A program made the position numbers and the translations under genes. The notes under the pieces are model-generated. The model was not told where the DNA came from. It saw only the letters and a list, made by a program, of their open reading frames with translations, and did no database searches. Shown in pieces: positions 9,876 to 22,700 of a DNA stretch of 64,000 nucleotides. Numbering within the stretch: position 1 is the stretch's first letter; each line of letters opens with the position of its first letter. This DNA is from an uncultured Chlamydiae bacterium (GTDB lineage: Bacteria; Chlamydiota; Chlamydiia; Chlamydiales; Parachlamydiaceae): positions 32,001 to 96,000 of the forward strand of contig CAWHMU010000045.1 of assembly GCA_963830365.1 (NCBI GenBank). Direction: 5' to 3'.

Positions 9876-11918
9876 TTATAGAATGCGTTTCAGGATGGCA
9901 TCGACGGTAAAGCCGAATTCTATGGCCAGTTCCTTGGCTGGGGCAGAGGCGCCATAGCCATGCATGCAGATGGCGATGCCATGCCGGCCGATGTATTTGT
10001 GCCAGCCTTGGTCGACGCCGGCTTCGATGGACACGCGCTGTCCGAGGTCTCCACCGAAGATGTCTTCTTTATATTCAGGAGATTGCTCTTCAAAGAGCTC
10101 CCAGCAAGGCATCGACACCACGCGCACGGCTTTGCCCATCTTTTCCAGGGCATCGGCGACATCAAGTGCCAAATGCACTTCCGAACCCGTCGCCACCAGC
10201 ATGTAGTCGGCGGCGCGCGTCTCTTTCCGGATGATATAAGCCCCGCGGCCCACGCCTTCGGCGTAAGGGATCTTGGTGTGTGCAAGCTCTGGCAGATTCT
10301 GCCTGGACAAAATGATGGCGCTGGGTCCTACATAGCGCAGGGAGGCCAGCCACGACATCTTCACCTCATTGGCATCGGCCGGACGGAACACCTGCAATTG
10401 CGGAATGGCGCGCAGCGCGGCATAATGCTCAACGGCCTGGTGTGTGGGGCCGTCCTCGCCGAGGAAGATGGAGTCGTGCGTAAATTGATAGATGACATGC
10501 GCTTTCATCAGGCTGGCCAGGCGGATGGCATTGCGCATATAGTCTGAAAATGTCAAAAACGTGCCGATGAAGGGCGTCAGCATGTCTGTCTGTGCCATAC
10601 CGGTAGCCATGGTCGCCATGCCGAATTCGCGCACACCGAATTTTATGTTGCGCCCTTTGAAAATTCCCGGCAGGACCACAGGATATTTCTTGATCATGGT
10701 CAAATCGGAACATGAGAGGTCGGCAGAGCCTCCGATAAGCTGCGGCAGCCAGTCGGCCAGCGCATTGAGCGTGTCTTGCGAAGCTTTCCTGCCGGCCACA
10801 GGCGATGGGATTTGCACCTCCCACAATTTTTCTTCCAGATCGTCAGGCAAATGGCGTTCTCCCATGGCGGCAAATTCTTTCAGCAAGGCGGGGTTGGCTT
10901 TGGCCCAGGCATCAAACGTTTGCTGCCATCCTGCTTGCTGCGCGGCATCCTGCTTGAGTTTATGGTTGAAGAAGTCGTAGACGCCGGGCGGGACATAAAA
11001 AGCTTCTTCTGGGGCCCCCAGCGCAATCTTGGTGGCCTTTATTTCTTCAGGGCCCAGCGGTGAGCCATGCACTTTGGAGGTGCCGGACTTGTTGGGCGAG
11101 CCCTTGCCGATGATGGTATGCATCAGGATCAGGCGTGGCCTTTCCTGATTGTGCCTGGCTTGGGTGATGACGGTATGCAGGGCGTCTAAATCATTGCCAT
11201 CGACTTCCAGCACCTCCCATCCGTACGCGAGATAGCGCTGTTTGGTGTTTTCTGAACATGAATCGCTTAAAGGGCCATCGAGTGAGACTTTGTTGGCATC
11301 GTAAATGGCGATCAGGTTGTCGATCTTGAGGTGGCCGGCCAGGGAGGAGACTTCGGCCGTCACCCCTTCCATTACGCAGCCATCGCCCATCAGGCAGAAG
11401 ACCTTATTGTCGATGATTTTGTGCTGTTCGGTATTGAAACGGGCTGCCAGCAGCTTCATGCCGAGAGCCTGTCCTACGGCATTGCCAAGACCTTGGCCGA
11501 GCGGGCCGGTAGTGGTTTCAACACCTTCGGTATCGAGCGATTCGGGATGGCCTGGTGTTTTGGAATGCAGCTGGCGGAATTGCTTGATGTCATCCATGGA
11601 GAGGTTGTAACCCGACAGGTGCAGGCAGGCATACAGCCACATCGATCCATGGCCGGCGGAGAGGATGAAACGGTCGCGGTTGAACCACTTGGGGTCTTTG
11701 GGATTATAACGCATAGCCTGTCCCCACAGGTAGGCGCCGAGTTCGGCACAACCCATCGGCAGGCCGGGATGTCCGGAGTCGGCCTTCTGCACGGCATCCA
11801 TCGCCAGGATGCGGATCGCCAAGGCCGTCTTGGTCAACACCTCTTTAAGCGCCGGATCCAGCGGCTTTATTTCACAACCCTGCATTTTTTCTCCCGTGAC
11901 TTGTCCGCTAGCAACCAT
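9876..11918 (-). CDS. tkt: Transketolase
   Basis: SGHPGLPMG, RDRFILSAGHGSM, TTGPLGQG, GDGCVMEG (TPP-binding), THDSIFLGEDGPTHQ. Confidence 0.97.
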   Translation of the reverse strand: MVASGQVTGEKMQGCEIKPLDPALKEVLTKTALAIRILAMDAVQKADSGHPGLPMGCAELGAYLWGQAMRYNPKDPKWFNRDRFILSAGHGSMWLYACLHLSGYNLSMDDIKQFRQLHSKTPGHPESLDTEGVETTTGPLGQGLGNAVGQALGMKLLAARFNTEQHKIIDNKVFCLMGDGCVMEGVTAEVSSLAGHLKIDNLIAIYDANKVSLDGPLSDSCSENTKQRYLAYGWEVLEVDGNDLDALHTVITQARHNQERPRLILMHTIIGKGSPNKSGTSKVHGSPLGPEEIKATKIALGAPEEAFYVPPGVYDFFNHKLKQDAAQQAGWQQTFDAWAKANPALLKEFAAMGERHLPDDLEEKLWEVQIPSPVAGRKASQDTLNALADWLPQLIGGSADLSCSDLTMIKKYPVVLPGIFKGRNIKFGVREFGMATMATGMAQTDMLTPFIGTFLTFSDYMRNAIRLASLMKAHVIYQFTHDSIFLGEDGPTHQAVEHYAALRAIPQLQVFRPADANEVKMSWLASLRYVGPSAIILSRQNLPELAHTKIPYAEGVGRGAYIIRKETRAADYMLVATGSEVHLALDVADALEKMGKAVRVVSMPCWELFEEQSPEYKEDIFGGDLGQRVSIEAGVDQGWHKYIGRHGIAICMHGYGASAPAKELAIEFGFTVDAILKRIL

Positions 11919-12124
11919 AATGATTCCCTTTTATCGTATTTACTTTAATGTCTCGATCGAAATTTACTCTATTGCCCGCCAAACAGGCAAGTAAAAATAG
12001 AAGTCCACGGCGAGCACCGTAAAATCGCCATACCCCAAATAGAAAAGAAATTCACCACAGACTAGTCCGCTTAACTCGTCTTGGTGATTAACACGCGATA
12101 TTGCCTAGTTTATGTTCAATTTCC

Positions 12125-12267
12125 ATTGCGTCTCCGCGCCTTCTCTGCGCCTCTGCGTTGAGATGGATTAATTGGTTATTGCGCAATTGCCATGTTTCAA
12201 GTTTTTTTGCTGTAATGCATTCAATAAAATTCAACGCAGAGGCGCAGATAAGGCGCGGAGACGCAAT
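12125..12267. repeat. Intergenic ~37-bp inverted repeat (REP/MITE-like)
   Basis: ATTGCGTCTCCGCGCCTTCTCTGCGCCTCTGCGTTGA (12125-12161) pairs with TCAACGCAGAGGCGCAGATAAGGCGCGGAGACGCAAT (12231-12267), one mismatch. Confidence 0.8.
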
Positions 12268-12374
12268 AGGACAAGCGGTGGATAAGCCAGGGGAAATATA
12301 TATGACACCGTGCTGGTGTTTTTCCTGTGTTTTGTTTATTCTTCATATTTTCCCTTATAGGCGAGTGGCACGGC

Positions 12375-13706
12375 ATGCGTTTTTTCGATAGATATGCTTC
12401 ATTTTGGCTGGTGGTATGCTGCCTGCCGCTGCTCTTTTTGCCAAAGATCAATCTGATTAGTCTGGGGGATCGCGAAACTGCCGGGATACGTCTCGATGAT
12501 TTTGTGCTGCTCGGATTTTGCGTGATCATTTTCTTTGCGCATTTTGCGTTGCGAATGAAGATGTGTCCGTTGGAAAGGTGGATCGTGGCCCTGTTGGCCT
12601 TTTCGCTGTTTTCCTTTTTTTCCAATCGCATCCTGGTGACAATGGGGGTATTGCAAGTCAATGCCAGTATTTTTTATTGCCTGCGCCTGTTTGAGTATTT
12701 CCTATTCTTTTATATCGGTGCGTTAAGCACGCTTTTTTTCAGGGCCTCATCGGTTATCAAAGCTTTTTTTTTATGGAATCTGCTGCTGATGGGGTTGCAG
12801 AAAGTGGGGTTAATCGGACAATTCAGTGTCTCAGGATATGTCTCGGAGGCTTCCGATAGAGTGGCCGGTATTGCTTCCTTTCCGTCTGAAGCCGGCGTCT
12901 TATTGGATATGGTATTTTGCTTTCTGGTATTCAATGAAGAAAAAAATCCGCGCTGGCAGGCGCTGCTGCCGCCAAACCTGCGGATTTTTTTCAATAAGAC
13001 GTATGTGTATTGGCTGTTTTTGCTATGCGCCGTCTTGGTGATCATCACCGGTTCAAGGATTGCCATCGTAGCTTTGGTGGTGGCCTTTCTCTTTCGCATC
13101 AAGGATGATCTCAACCGCCGCTCCATCAGCACCTGGCTGCTGGCCGCAGTCTTCCTTTGCGCCGGCGCCATATTGACTTATCAAGTTATCCAAACAACCG
13201 ATTCCATTGTCGTGCGCAGCGCCGGCCTGTTATCATTCAAAAATCTCGATCTCGTCCGGCTGGTGTGGGACAACATCGAACTTTCCTACGACCCCATTGG
13301 CTATGAGGTCATCGATCATGATGGCCACTATGATATGAGCTGGTGGATGCGTATCCATAAATGGTGCTACGCCCTGAAAATCTACTACCTCAATCCGGAG
13401 TGCTGGCTGCAGGGGATCGGTCCAGGCTTTGCCATGGCGGCCGTCGACGGCGGTTTTGTGCGCATCCTTACCGAATATGGACTGATTGGCTGCTACCTCT
13501 TTTGGCAGGTGTTTGCGCTGATTTATCGCCAGAGCACGCCGCTGCGCTGGATGGTGATAGCCTTTTTGATCAATATGATCTTTTTTGACGTCTATCTGGC
13601 CTATAAGCCCATGAGCCTGCTGCTCTTCGTTTCGGGCTGCACCTACAGCCTGTCCAGGCAAAAGTCGATGGAAGGCGTTATGAGAGCCTCATATGTCAAA
13701 GCTTAA
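12375..13706 (+). CDS. Polytopic membrane protein, O-antigen ligase/polymerase (Wzy/WaaL)-like
   Basis: About 11-12 hydrophobic segments; ITGSR, periplasmic loop SWWMR..KW, GIGPG, D...RILTEYGLIG pattern. ATG at 12375 preferred over the track's 12327. Confidence 0.6.
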   Translation: MRFFDRYASFWLVVCCLPLLFLPKINLISLGDRETAGIRLDDFVLLGFCVIIFFAHFALRMKMCPLERWIVALLAFSLFSFFSNRILVTMGVLQVNASIFYCLRLFEYFLFFYIGALSTLFFRASSVIKAFFLWNLLLMGLQKVGLIGQFSVSGYVSEASDRVAGIASFPSEAGVLLDMVFCFLVFNEEKNPRWQALLPPNLRIFFNKTYVYWLFLLCAVLVIITGSRIAIVALVVAFLFRIKDDLNRRSISTWLLAAVFLCAGAILTYQVIQTTDSIVVRSAGLLSFKNLDLVRLVWDNIELSYDPIGYEVIDHDGHYDMSWWMRIHKWCYALKIYYLNPECWLQGIGPGFAMAAVDGGFVRILTEYGLIGCYLFWQVFALIYRQSTPLRWMVIAFLINMIFFDVYLAYKPMSLLLFVSGCTYSLSRQKSMEGVMRASYVKA

Positions 13707-13765
13707 ATTGCAATGAACAACCTAACCGCGCGTGGTATATCGCAACCGTCATTATTTACAGAAAG

Positions 13766-16700
13766 CTAGGGGTTGAGGACAATACTAACCTTATGTTGGC
13801 CTCCATCATCGAGTAAGGGGATTTCTAGTGATGAAAGTAAAACCCCATCCAACGTGATGCTAGGATTTCCGCTACTCAAATGATGTGGATTTGTCATAGT
13901 GATATCATACAGGGAAGTCTTATATCGGTATTTTAATTTGAATTGATCCCATTCTTTTGGAATAGAACAGTTCAACGATAGGGTTTGGCCGCGCAATTTA
14001 AAGCCCAGGATCTCTTCTAACCATACTCGATATACCAAGCTGGCAGAACCTGTGTACCAGGTCCAGCCACCGCGGCCCACTTGATTTTTGAGATCGTAAA
14101 TATCCCCTGCAATTACATATGGTTCGACTTTATAAAGCTCATTTGCTTCTGCTGTTGGGGTATGCAAGGTTGGGGATACCATTCTCAATAAGTCGACGGC
14201 TTTATTTCCATTACCGCTTCTTGCATATGCCATGGCGAGCCATGAAGACCCATGTGTATATTGCCCTCCATTCTCTCTAACCCCAGGAGGGTATCCTTTT
14301 ATATAACCTGGATTTAATGGCATTTTATCGAAAGGCGGTGTGAGCAATAAAACGAGATTGTTTTTAGCTTTTACAAGATATTCTTCAGCAGAATTGAGCG
14401 CCACTGCCATCCTCTCGGGATTTGCCAGGCCTGCAATGACCGCCCATGATTGAGGCAATGAGTCAATGGAAGCCTCACTGTTTTCTTTTGAACCCAACGG
14501 AGTGCCATCATCGAAATAGGCTCGGACGTACCAAGCGCCATCCCACGCGGTTGCTTCGACGACTTCGGCCAGGCGCCTAGCTGCGACTCGAAACCCATCT
14601 CCTGCCTGTTTATCGCCGTTACTAAAAGCCAGCAGATCTGCAAAGTCATTCATCACATGTATTAAAAACCAGGCCAGCCACACACTCTCTCCTTTTCCAT
14701 GTACGCCGACGAGATTCATGCCATCATTCCAATCACCGGTTCCAATTAAAGGCAAACCATGAGGTCCGGCTGTAATCCCCTTGTTTATTGCTCTGCGACA
14801 ATGTTCCAATAGTGATGCTGCTTCTTTAGAGATATTCGGGACTTGAGAAATCTCTTCTTGATCATCTGCCAACCTATCGCCTTCTAAAAATGAAATCTTC
14901 TCATTAAGTATTCCAGCATCTCCAGTAATGCGGACATAATGAGCTGTGACAAAGGGAAGCCATAATAAATCATCTGAACAACGCGTTCTTACCCCAGCTC
15001 CTGATTGTGGATGCCACCAATGCTGAACATCTCCTTCGACAAATTGTCGCGATGCAGCTTTAAGGATATATTCTCTTGCGATGTTTGGAACGGAGTAAAC
15101 CAGCGCCATACTATCTTGAAGCTGGTCTCGAAATCCGTAAGCGCCGCTTGATTGATAAAATGCCGTTCTTCCCCAGAAGCGACAACTGAGATCCTGATAA
15201 ATTAACCATCTGTTCATTAAAAAATTAGTCGCCTTATCAGGAACATCAATTTGGATAGTCTCGAGGGTTTTATCCCACCAAGATTGTGTATCGGAAAGAA
15301 GTTGATCTATCCTTGCAGGCATTCGACATTGCGATATTAATTGGCGGGCAGCTGCAGCATCCGGTGCATAGCCCATGATAAAAACGACTTCTTCTTCTTC
15401 TTTTCCCGGATCGATTTCCAGCAAAACTTGCAGGGCAGAACATGGGTCTAAGCTTGCGCCAGTATGTCCGGATAACGATTTTCTACTTAGGGCTTCAGGA
15501 GATGCCGTTGAACGATTGCGTCCAAGAAATTCTGTGCGATCCCCAGAATAGGAAGCGATAGGCCTAATTGAACATGAAAATGCGACATGGCCGCCAAAAT
15601 CCGGGTGATAGCGGTTGTAGGCAAAAAGCGCATTGCTCTCTGCATCCCATTCTGTGATTACATGTATTTGAGTCTCTTCTCTATCACCACCCAAAACCCA
15701 TTCAGTGTAAGCCGTCAAAGTAAGACGGCGGCGGTGGGATGAATGATTGGTTAACCGAAGGCGTTGGATGCGCAACGGAAGTCCGCCTTCATCATCTACG
15801 GGAACGAAAACTAATAATTCTTGCTCAATCCCATGACTATTATGTTCAAAGCGCGTGTAGCCTTGACTGTGTGAAATTCGATAGGCGTCTAACTCCCGGA
15901 TGGGAGCGGGAGTCGGTGTCCAGACAGTTCCCATTTCTTCATCCCGGATATAAATCGTATCTGAAATGGGATTTAATAAGGGATCGTTGCTCCAAGGAGT
16001 GAGTCTATTTGTTTGGCTATTGCCATACCAAGTACATCCCAAGCCGGCCTCAGAGACTAACGTTCCAAATTGCGGATTAGAAAGCACATTAATCCACGGC
16101 GCCGGGGTATTTGTATGGGGTCCTAAATAAATTACATATGAACGTCCATCTGCGGTATAGCCTCCTAATCCATTAAAATAAGGCAGTTCTAAAAATGGCA
16201 GCGGCCTAGAAGGCTCGTCCTTGACTTTTTCATTAACGATTAGTTTTGGTGGATATGTCACTTTTGCCTTGGGCGAAACAAGCTGTTGCCTGAGCAAGCC
16301 TCTGGATGCGATTAATACAACATGTGCTACGGAAAAAATCAGATTAAGTTCATCAGGCGGAACATGATCGGTGTTTCTTAAAAAAACACCCCCTGGCTTA
16401 TTAATCTGACTACGATAAGAATGGGCTTGAACTTGGGCTTGCAAGTGCTCTTGCAAGGGTTGCGTATACCCTGTTTCTTCATCATTAAAAATAATTAAAT
16501 CTACTTTAAGACCTCGCAGACACCAAAAGGCATGCGCAATTAACAGTTGTTTAACAAGATCGACATCATAGATATCTCCAACTGTGACAACTACTATTGG
16601 CAAATCACCTGAAATTCCTTGAGCCCATAAACCGGGTTGTCCCAATCGATTTTTGCGCAATCGATCTTCAACCGAGCGGAATTGCACATGAGGATAAATG

Positions 16701-19700
16701 AGTCGACTGGCAAGTTTTTGAAAGAGCTGTACTTCTTCTTGATGAATACGCAAATGACGCAATTCCAGCTGGGAATAGTTCCAAGCCAATTCTATGGCAC
16801 GATGACTTGCGGCGATGTCTTTATATTTCTCTATTAGCGCTATGGCTGAAGTGCGATTATCTGAAACCGCTGTCACAAAAGAAAACTGAACTCTTCTTCC
16901 TGGCTCAATGACAACACGGCCGCGCAAACTAAAAATGGGATCAAGGACAGTCCCTGTTGTATTCGACAAGTCTCCTTCAAGAGCTGCTGGATGCTTTAAA
17001 GACTTTCCACGCCCAATGAATCGATCTCTATCGGTTTCATATTGCACTTCGCCAGAGGTTGGGTTTGTGGCTAAGACGTGCACGGCCCAAATCGGAAGAT
17101 CATCAGGCGAGCGCAAGCGTCTAAAGCCAAGCAGCGCAGAGGCTTCCGGCACGGCTTCTGTTTCAATAAACAGTTTATTAAAGCATGGATGCGCGCGGTC
17201 TGTGAGATGCGGGGCTAGCGATAACTCCAGATAGCTTGTGAGTTCAATATAACGCGTTTCAGTGGAATGGTTGACTAAAGTAATCAATCGTATTTCAGCA
17301 TTATCCTCAGGAGAGACAACGATTTCAGTAAGCGTTTCAATTTGATGATCCTTTCGCCTAAATTCCGCTTTATCGCCTTTAAAATTTACGGAATACTCCT
17401 TGCCGCTGGTTTGCGTAGGTTGATAGGCGGCGGACCAGACTTCTCTTGATTTCAGATCTTTAATGTAACAAAAGCTTCCCCAGGCATCTCGCGTTGTATC
17501 AGCGCGCCAACGGTAGATTTCGACATCACCACAACGGCTGTATCCTCCTCCTGTGTTAGTGATCATTAGAGAATACTTTTCATTCGATAGCAGGTTGATT
17601 TTTGGTGTCACGCTTTCCGTGGTTTCAACAACTCCCATAATAGGAATTTGAGAAAACGGTTCCAGTCTTCTGAGAATGGGTTCTTTTCTACTGCCGATGA
17701 CTTTGATAGGAGAAGACAAAGGTATGCGTTCATAAAGCAGAGAGTTTACCCCACAAATGCGTGGATCTTTTTGAAACCGGTTGATTAAAACTTCATTGTT
17801 CAAAATATTATTGATCGTGGCGAAAATCATGCCTTGATGATGCGCCATGTAGACATAAACAATCACCCCGCGTTCGCCGGCGGGGTTTCTTTGTCTTGTG
17901 AAATCCATCGATTCATAGTAGCCATAGGGTCCCATAAGATTAAAATGATTTTTTTCCGCCATTTTTTTTAAGTTTTTGATTGCGGACTTAAGCTTTACCG
18001 CTAAAGCCAGTACAGAAGAATAAGGGCTAACGACAAGGTCATCTTCTAATCCGCGTTTGAGACCGAGTTCCGGTACGCCAAAACTTTTATATTGATAAAT
18101 TTTATATGCATCTATGGCGCTAAATGCAGATTCCGAAATGCCCCATGGGATACCGCGCTTTTTTCCATAATCTATTTGGCAGTCGACAGCAGCATGGCAA
18201 GCTTCTCCTATTAAAGAATCTGAGTATTGCTTATTGAATATCAAGGGCATTAAATATTCAAACATTGTACCGCCCCAAGACAATAAGACTTTTCGTCCTC
18301 GGACAATACTATACAATCTTCCCAGGGACCACCAATGTTCTACCGGGACATCGCCTTTTGCAATGGCCACAAAGCTTGCAATTCTGGCTTCACTTGCCAG
18401 TAAATCATAATAAGAAGTATCAAGTTTGCGGGCGTCAACATTATATCCAATAGCAAACAACTTTCGGTCAATCTTATAGAGAAATTGTAAGTCCATCTCC
18501 TGAGAAAAATGCTCGATTTCTTTGATTAGCTCTGCCACGAGGCCTATTTTTTCTCCGGCAAACCATTGGGCGGTGGCTAAGGCTTCCTGTAGTTTTTTGC
18601 CCCAAGCTTTAATTTCATTAGGCAAATCAGCTCTCTCGGCCCCTGCCATCAATTTAGCAAGTGCAGGCAACGAATTTTTACGTGCAAGCATTTCTAATGA
18701 AGCATGCCAAGATAAGGCCTGATCCCTCCATAGCGATGCTTGAGGATCGATGAGGTGCAGGTGTGCTAATGGAAGAGCGTTGAGAATTTCTACCCAGTTA
18801 AAATAACGGGAAATGATGGACTCCCATCCCATGAGCTGTTCTTCAAGCTGTTTTAACCAATAGGCTTCAACCTTCTCAACAGATAATCCTTGTACAACTT
18901 TTAAAGCACCCTTGACTATTGCCATAAAATGCGAAAGGTCATTTGATTCAGCGGTGTCGAATAGATGCCGAGCCTCTTCAATTTTGGTGGATTTGTTGGT
19001 TTCTTGAAGGATATCAATAGTATCTTTGATTCCCGATAGAGCATCTGTTGGTATGATTGAAGAGGATATCATTTCATTCATGCCTTGCTTCAATGTCCAG
19101 ATGCAAGCAAGAAAATTACCACTATCTACGGTCGAAACATACCTAGGAAAAAGGGGATCCAGTGTTTGAATGTTATACCAATTAAGAAAATGTCCTTCAT
19201 ACCGTTCAAGTTTTTTTAACTCGTGAATGGTCGCTAAGGTTTTATCAATAAAAATATCGCAGGTGATATATTTGAAATCATAAGCATTCATTACTGCCAA
19301 TAACCACATACCGATATTGGTCGGAGATGTACGCTGCGCGATTTCTATATTTAGGGCTGTCTGGTAATTATCAGGAGGCAACCAATGCGTGTTAGCTCCG
19401 ACCAACTCATCGAAAAAGCGCCATGTTTTGCGCCCAATTTTTCTTAAAATTTTCTTATCAAGCTCGGAAAGATTTTCATCGATACGCTTAGCTAAAGGTT
19501 TATCGATGACGTGGATAATGAAAGGAGCAGCCATCCAAAGCAAACAAAAAGGTAAAGCTATCAGCTCTGCCAGGGGGTCGAAGGAGATGATTGTTCCTAA
19601 AATCATGACAGCAAATAAAGAAACTCCTGCTACTTGAAGTACAAACTTTTGATGGATTTTCAAGCCATTACAAATATATTCACCGGTGGTCCATTGCAAT

Positions 19701-22700
19701 AAATTTTGATGTGAGATCAGACGTCGAAACGCGACGCGCAGGCATGCGTCCAGAGAGAGGAAAGCTTCAAAAGGTAATAGCGCAATGGTAATAAGGGAGC
19801 GTAAACTTAGGAGCTTTAGCTCCATTAAAAATGATTTTATGGGAAAAAAAGAATAGGTACATAACTTCCTTATGCACAATGAAATACTAGGTAAAAGCAG
19901 AACAAAGAGTGCCAAACCCGTCAATACTCCTGGCACAGGAGAAGAAATCCATGCCGCTGTCAAAAGCAGCACAAGGGCAATAGGTAAAAGAGCTCGACGT
20001 AAATTATCGAAAATTTTCCAGCGATTGAGCCAGGAAAGAGTATTAACCTCTGTTTTTCCATTTTGCATTGGGACTTTTGGAGCAAGCCAATCAATAATTT
20101 GCCAATCCCCACGCATCCAGCGATGTTGTCGTTTAGCCCATGATAAATAATCTTTTGGATGTATATCGAATAAACAAATATTACTAGCAAATCCAACCCG
20201 CACAAAAGCGCCCTCGATAAGATCATGGCTAAGGAGATGTTCTTCCGGAAAATGGTGGGATAAAATGCTATGAAAAGCTGCTACGTCATAAATGCCTTTC
20301 CCATGATATGAGCCTTCTCCAACCAGATCTTGATAAACATTTGAAATGGCTTGAGTATAGGGATCTACGGCCGTTGGTTCTGAAAAAATCTTACAAAACC
20401 AGGAAGCTTTGGCATGAATAAAGTCTGTCCCAACTCGAGGTTGAATAATCGTGTAGCCCCTGGCTAACTTGTTTTTATTGGCAGTTAAATAAGGGCGATT
20501 CAATGGATGAGATAATACCTCTACTAAGGCCCGGGCCTGATCCTTAGGAAGCTGAGTATCGGCATCAAGAGTGATGACATAGCGCGTGCCTTTAAGTGCA
20601 TTGGCTTTACCCAGATACACGATGTTTTCAGGTAATGTTTCACCCATTAGAAATCGATTTAAATATTCGAGTTTGCCCCGCTTGCGCTCCCATCCAATCC
20701 AAGCATTTTCGCTTTTAGACCAAATTCGCTGTCGATGAAAAAGAAAAAACTTACCTTCGCCATATTTATCCGCTAACGCTTGCAGACCATCAACTGCGAT
20801 TTTAAGTAAAGAAGCATCAGACTCTGCATGTTGCTGCTTTGCATCTGAGAAGTCACTAAACAATCCAAAATTTAAGAGCGGATCGGTATTGGCTAAATAA
20901 CGGATTTCTAAACGGTTGATTTCTTCACATATCGTCTCAGGAGTCAGCAACATCATGGGTACAACGACTAGAGTTTTATGTTCTGGTGGGATACCTGTTT
21001 CAAATAACATCTTTGGTCGCAAGGGTGTTGGAAGAAGGATCGTTAAGATAAGGTTTACGAATTGAAGGCTTAATTCAGAGATAGGCAACAACGACATAAT
21101 TAAAAAGAATGCGATCTGAAAAAAATTGTGGTTAGCCTTAAACAAAAAGGAAAATAGCACGCTTTCTAACAGCAAAGTCATCAAAGTGATTCCGCCCAGA
21201 TACACGCTGGCGGGGTTTTTGGTGATCCATCGATTGATAGTTTGAAAAACAGTTGGACGATAACCAATACGCAGCTCCAAAGCCTGACGGCCAGCATCAA
21301 TTAGATAATATCCGACATGCTGTTCATATGCCTTAACACCCTCATGAGACAATGAAAGCGTCGTGTTAGCAATGTCGACTTCTTTTAGATTAACACGCCG
21401 TGCCATCTCTTCGATGGCTTCCCGATAGCAATTTCTGGTTGTGAAATCCATCTTTGCATAGATCCCTGTAAAATCTTCCCTTAAGATGGTATCGACGGGG
21501 CTCACAGTTTCAAAAATATCCGGCCATGAAAGTTGTGATAGCGTGATTAAACTTCTAATTGCGCTAGAAAAAACGACTTGTTCAGACGTTTCATCAAGAT
21601 GTTCTTGATGCAGTATTTCATCCAGAGGTAATCTGAAGCGTTCTTCCAGCCATTCTCTTACCATAGGAAGAATGGCTTCTTCATCAAATAAATGGTCGAG
21701 TAATTCTTCAGCAAAATGACCAGAGAAAGATGTTTGCTCAGTTGATAAATCTGCCAGGAAAACCGGCAGGCGTTTAGGGTCATGATGGGCCGCGTTCAAA
21801 AGTCTATTTCCCCAAAAACTGGCTAATTCGCCTTCTCGCATACGATTGTCAACATGTATCGCAAGGAATTCGACCCATTCGATGAGTCGTAAACGCAACA
21901 TCAAAGGAAAAGCCCACAGCTCTCCAATTGTCAAGGGGTGATCACTCTGATAACTATCAAGAAAAGCAGTGATATTTTCGCGAGTTAATCCACCTACAGT
22001 ATGCTTAACAAGTTCTATGGCGAGAGCATAAATCCTTGGCAACCCAGTCAGAGGCCCGTTTAATATTTTGGGCAGTTCTTTGTGGTATTTTTTTGGCATA
22101 TTGAGTTTTACATCTTCTATACCGCCTTCAAGCACATACATATTGTCTAGCAACCATTCTGCAGACGATGGAATTGTTTGTTCTATATATTCAGCATCAG
22201 CAATGTCTCGACGAAGAAATTGAAGCATCCGGTTACTTTTTTGAAGACGCTGCATTAATGAGCGGCCATCATCTCCACCGGTACTTGTGCGTTGCAATGA
22301 AATAGCCAGCTTGCTCGCTTCCTCACGCAGCTTCTCCAGTGTCATTGGTTCTGACGGGATCTCTACATTGCCTTCTTCAAACATTGCCGGACGTAATAGA
22401 AAAGTCACAGGATGCCCACTTTTGACTTCTCGTAAAACACCCAGGACTTCGCGGACATCTGCATAATTTACATGAGCAATTATTAATATTTCATTGACGA
22501 CTACCCGATTTTTAAAACAATTAATCATCTCCGCATCAATTAACTCTGAAAAACGCCAGCAGGTGTAAATCCCAACCGTTGCGATTATTGTCGAAACTCC
22601 GGCCACAACGGCTAACCAGGAAAAAGCAAGGATTGAAAAGTAATTTAAAAGAATTAAACAAGCAATTGATATTGCGCCAATAATTGGAATAACTAAATTG

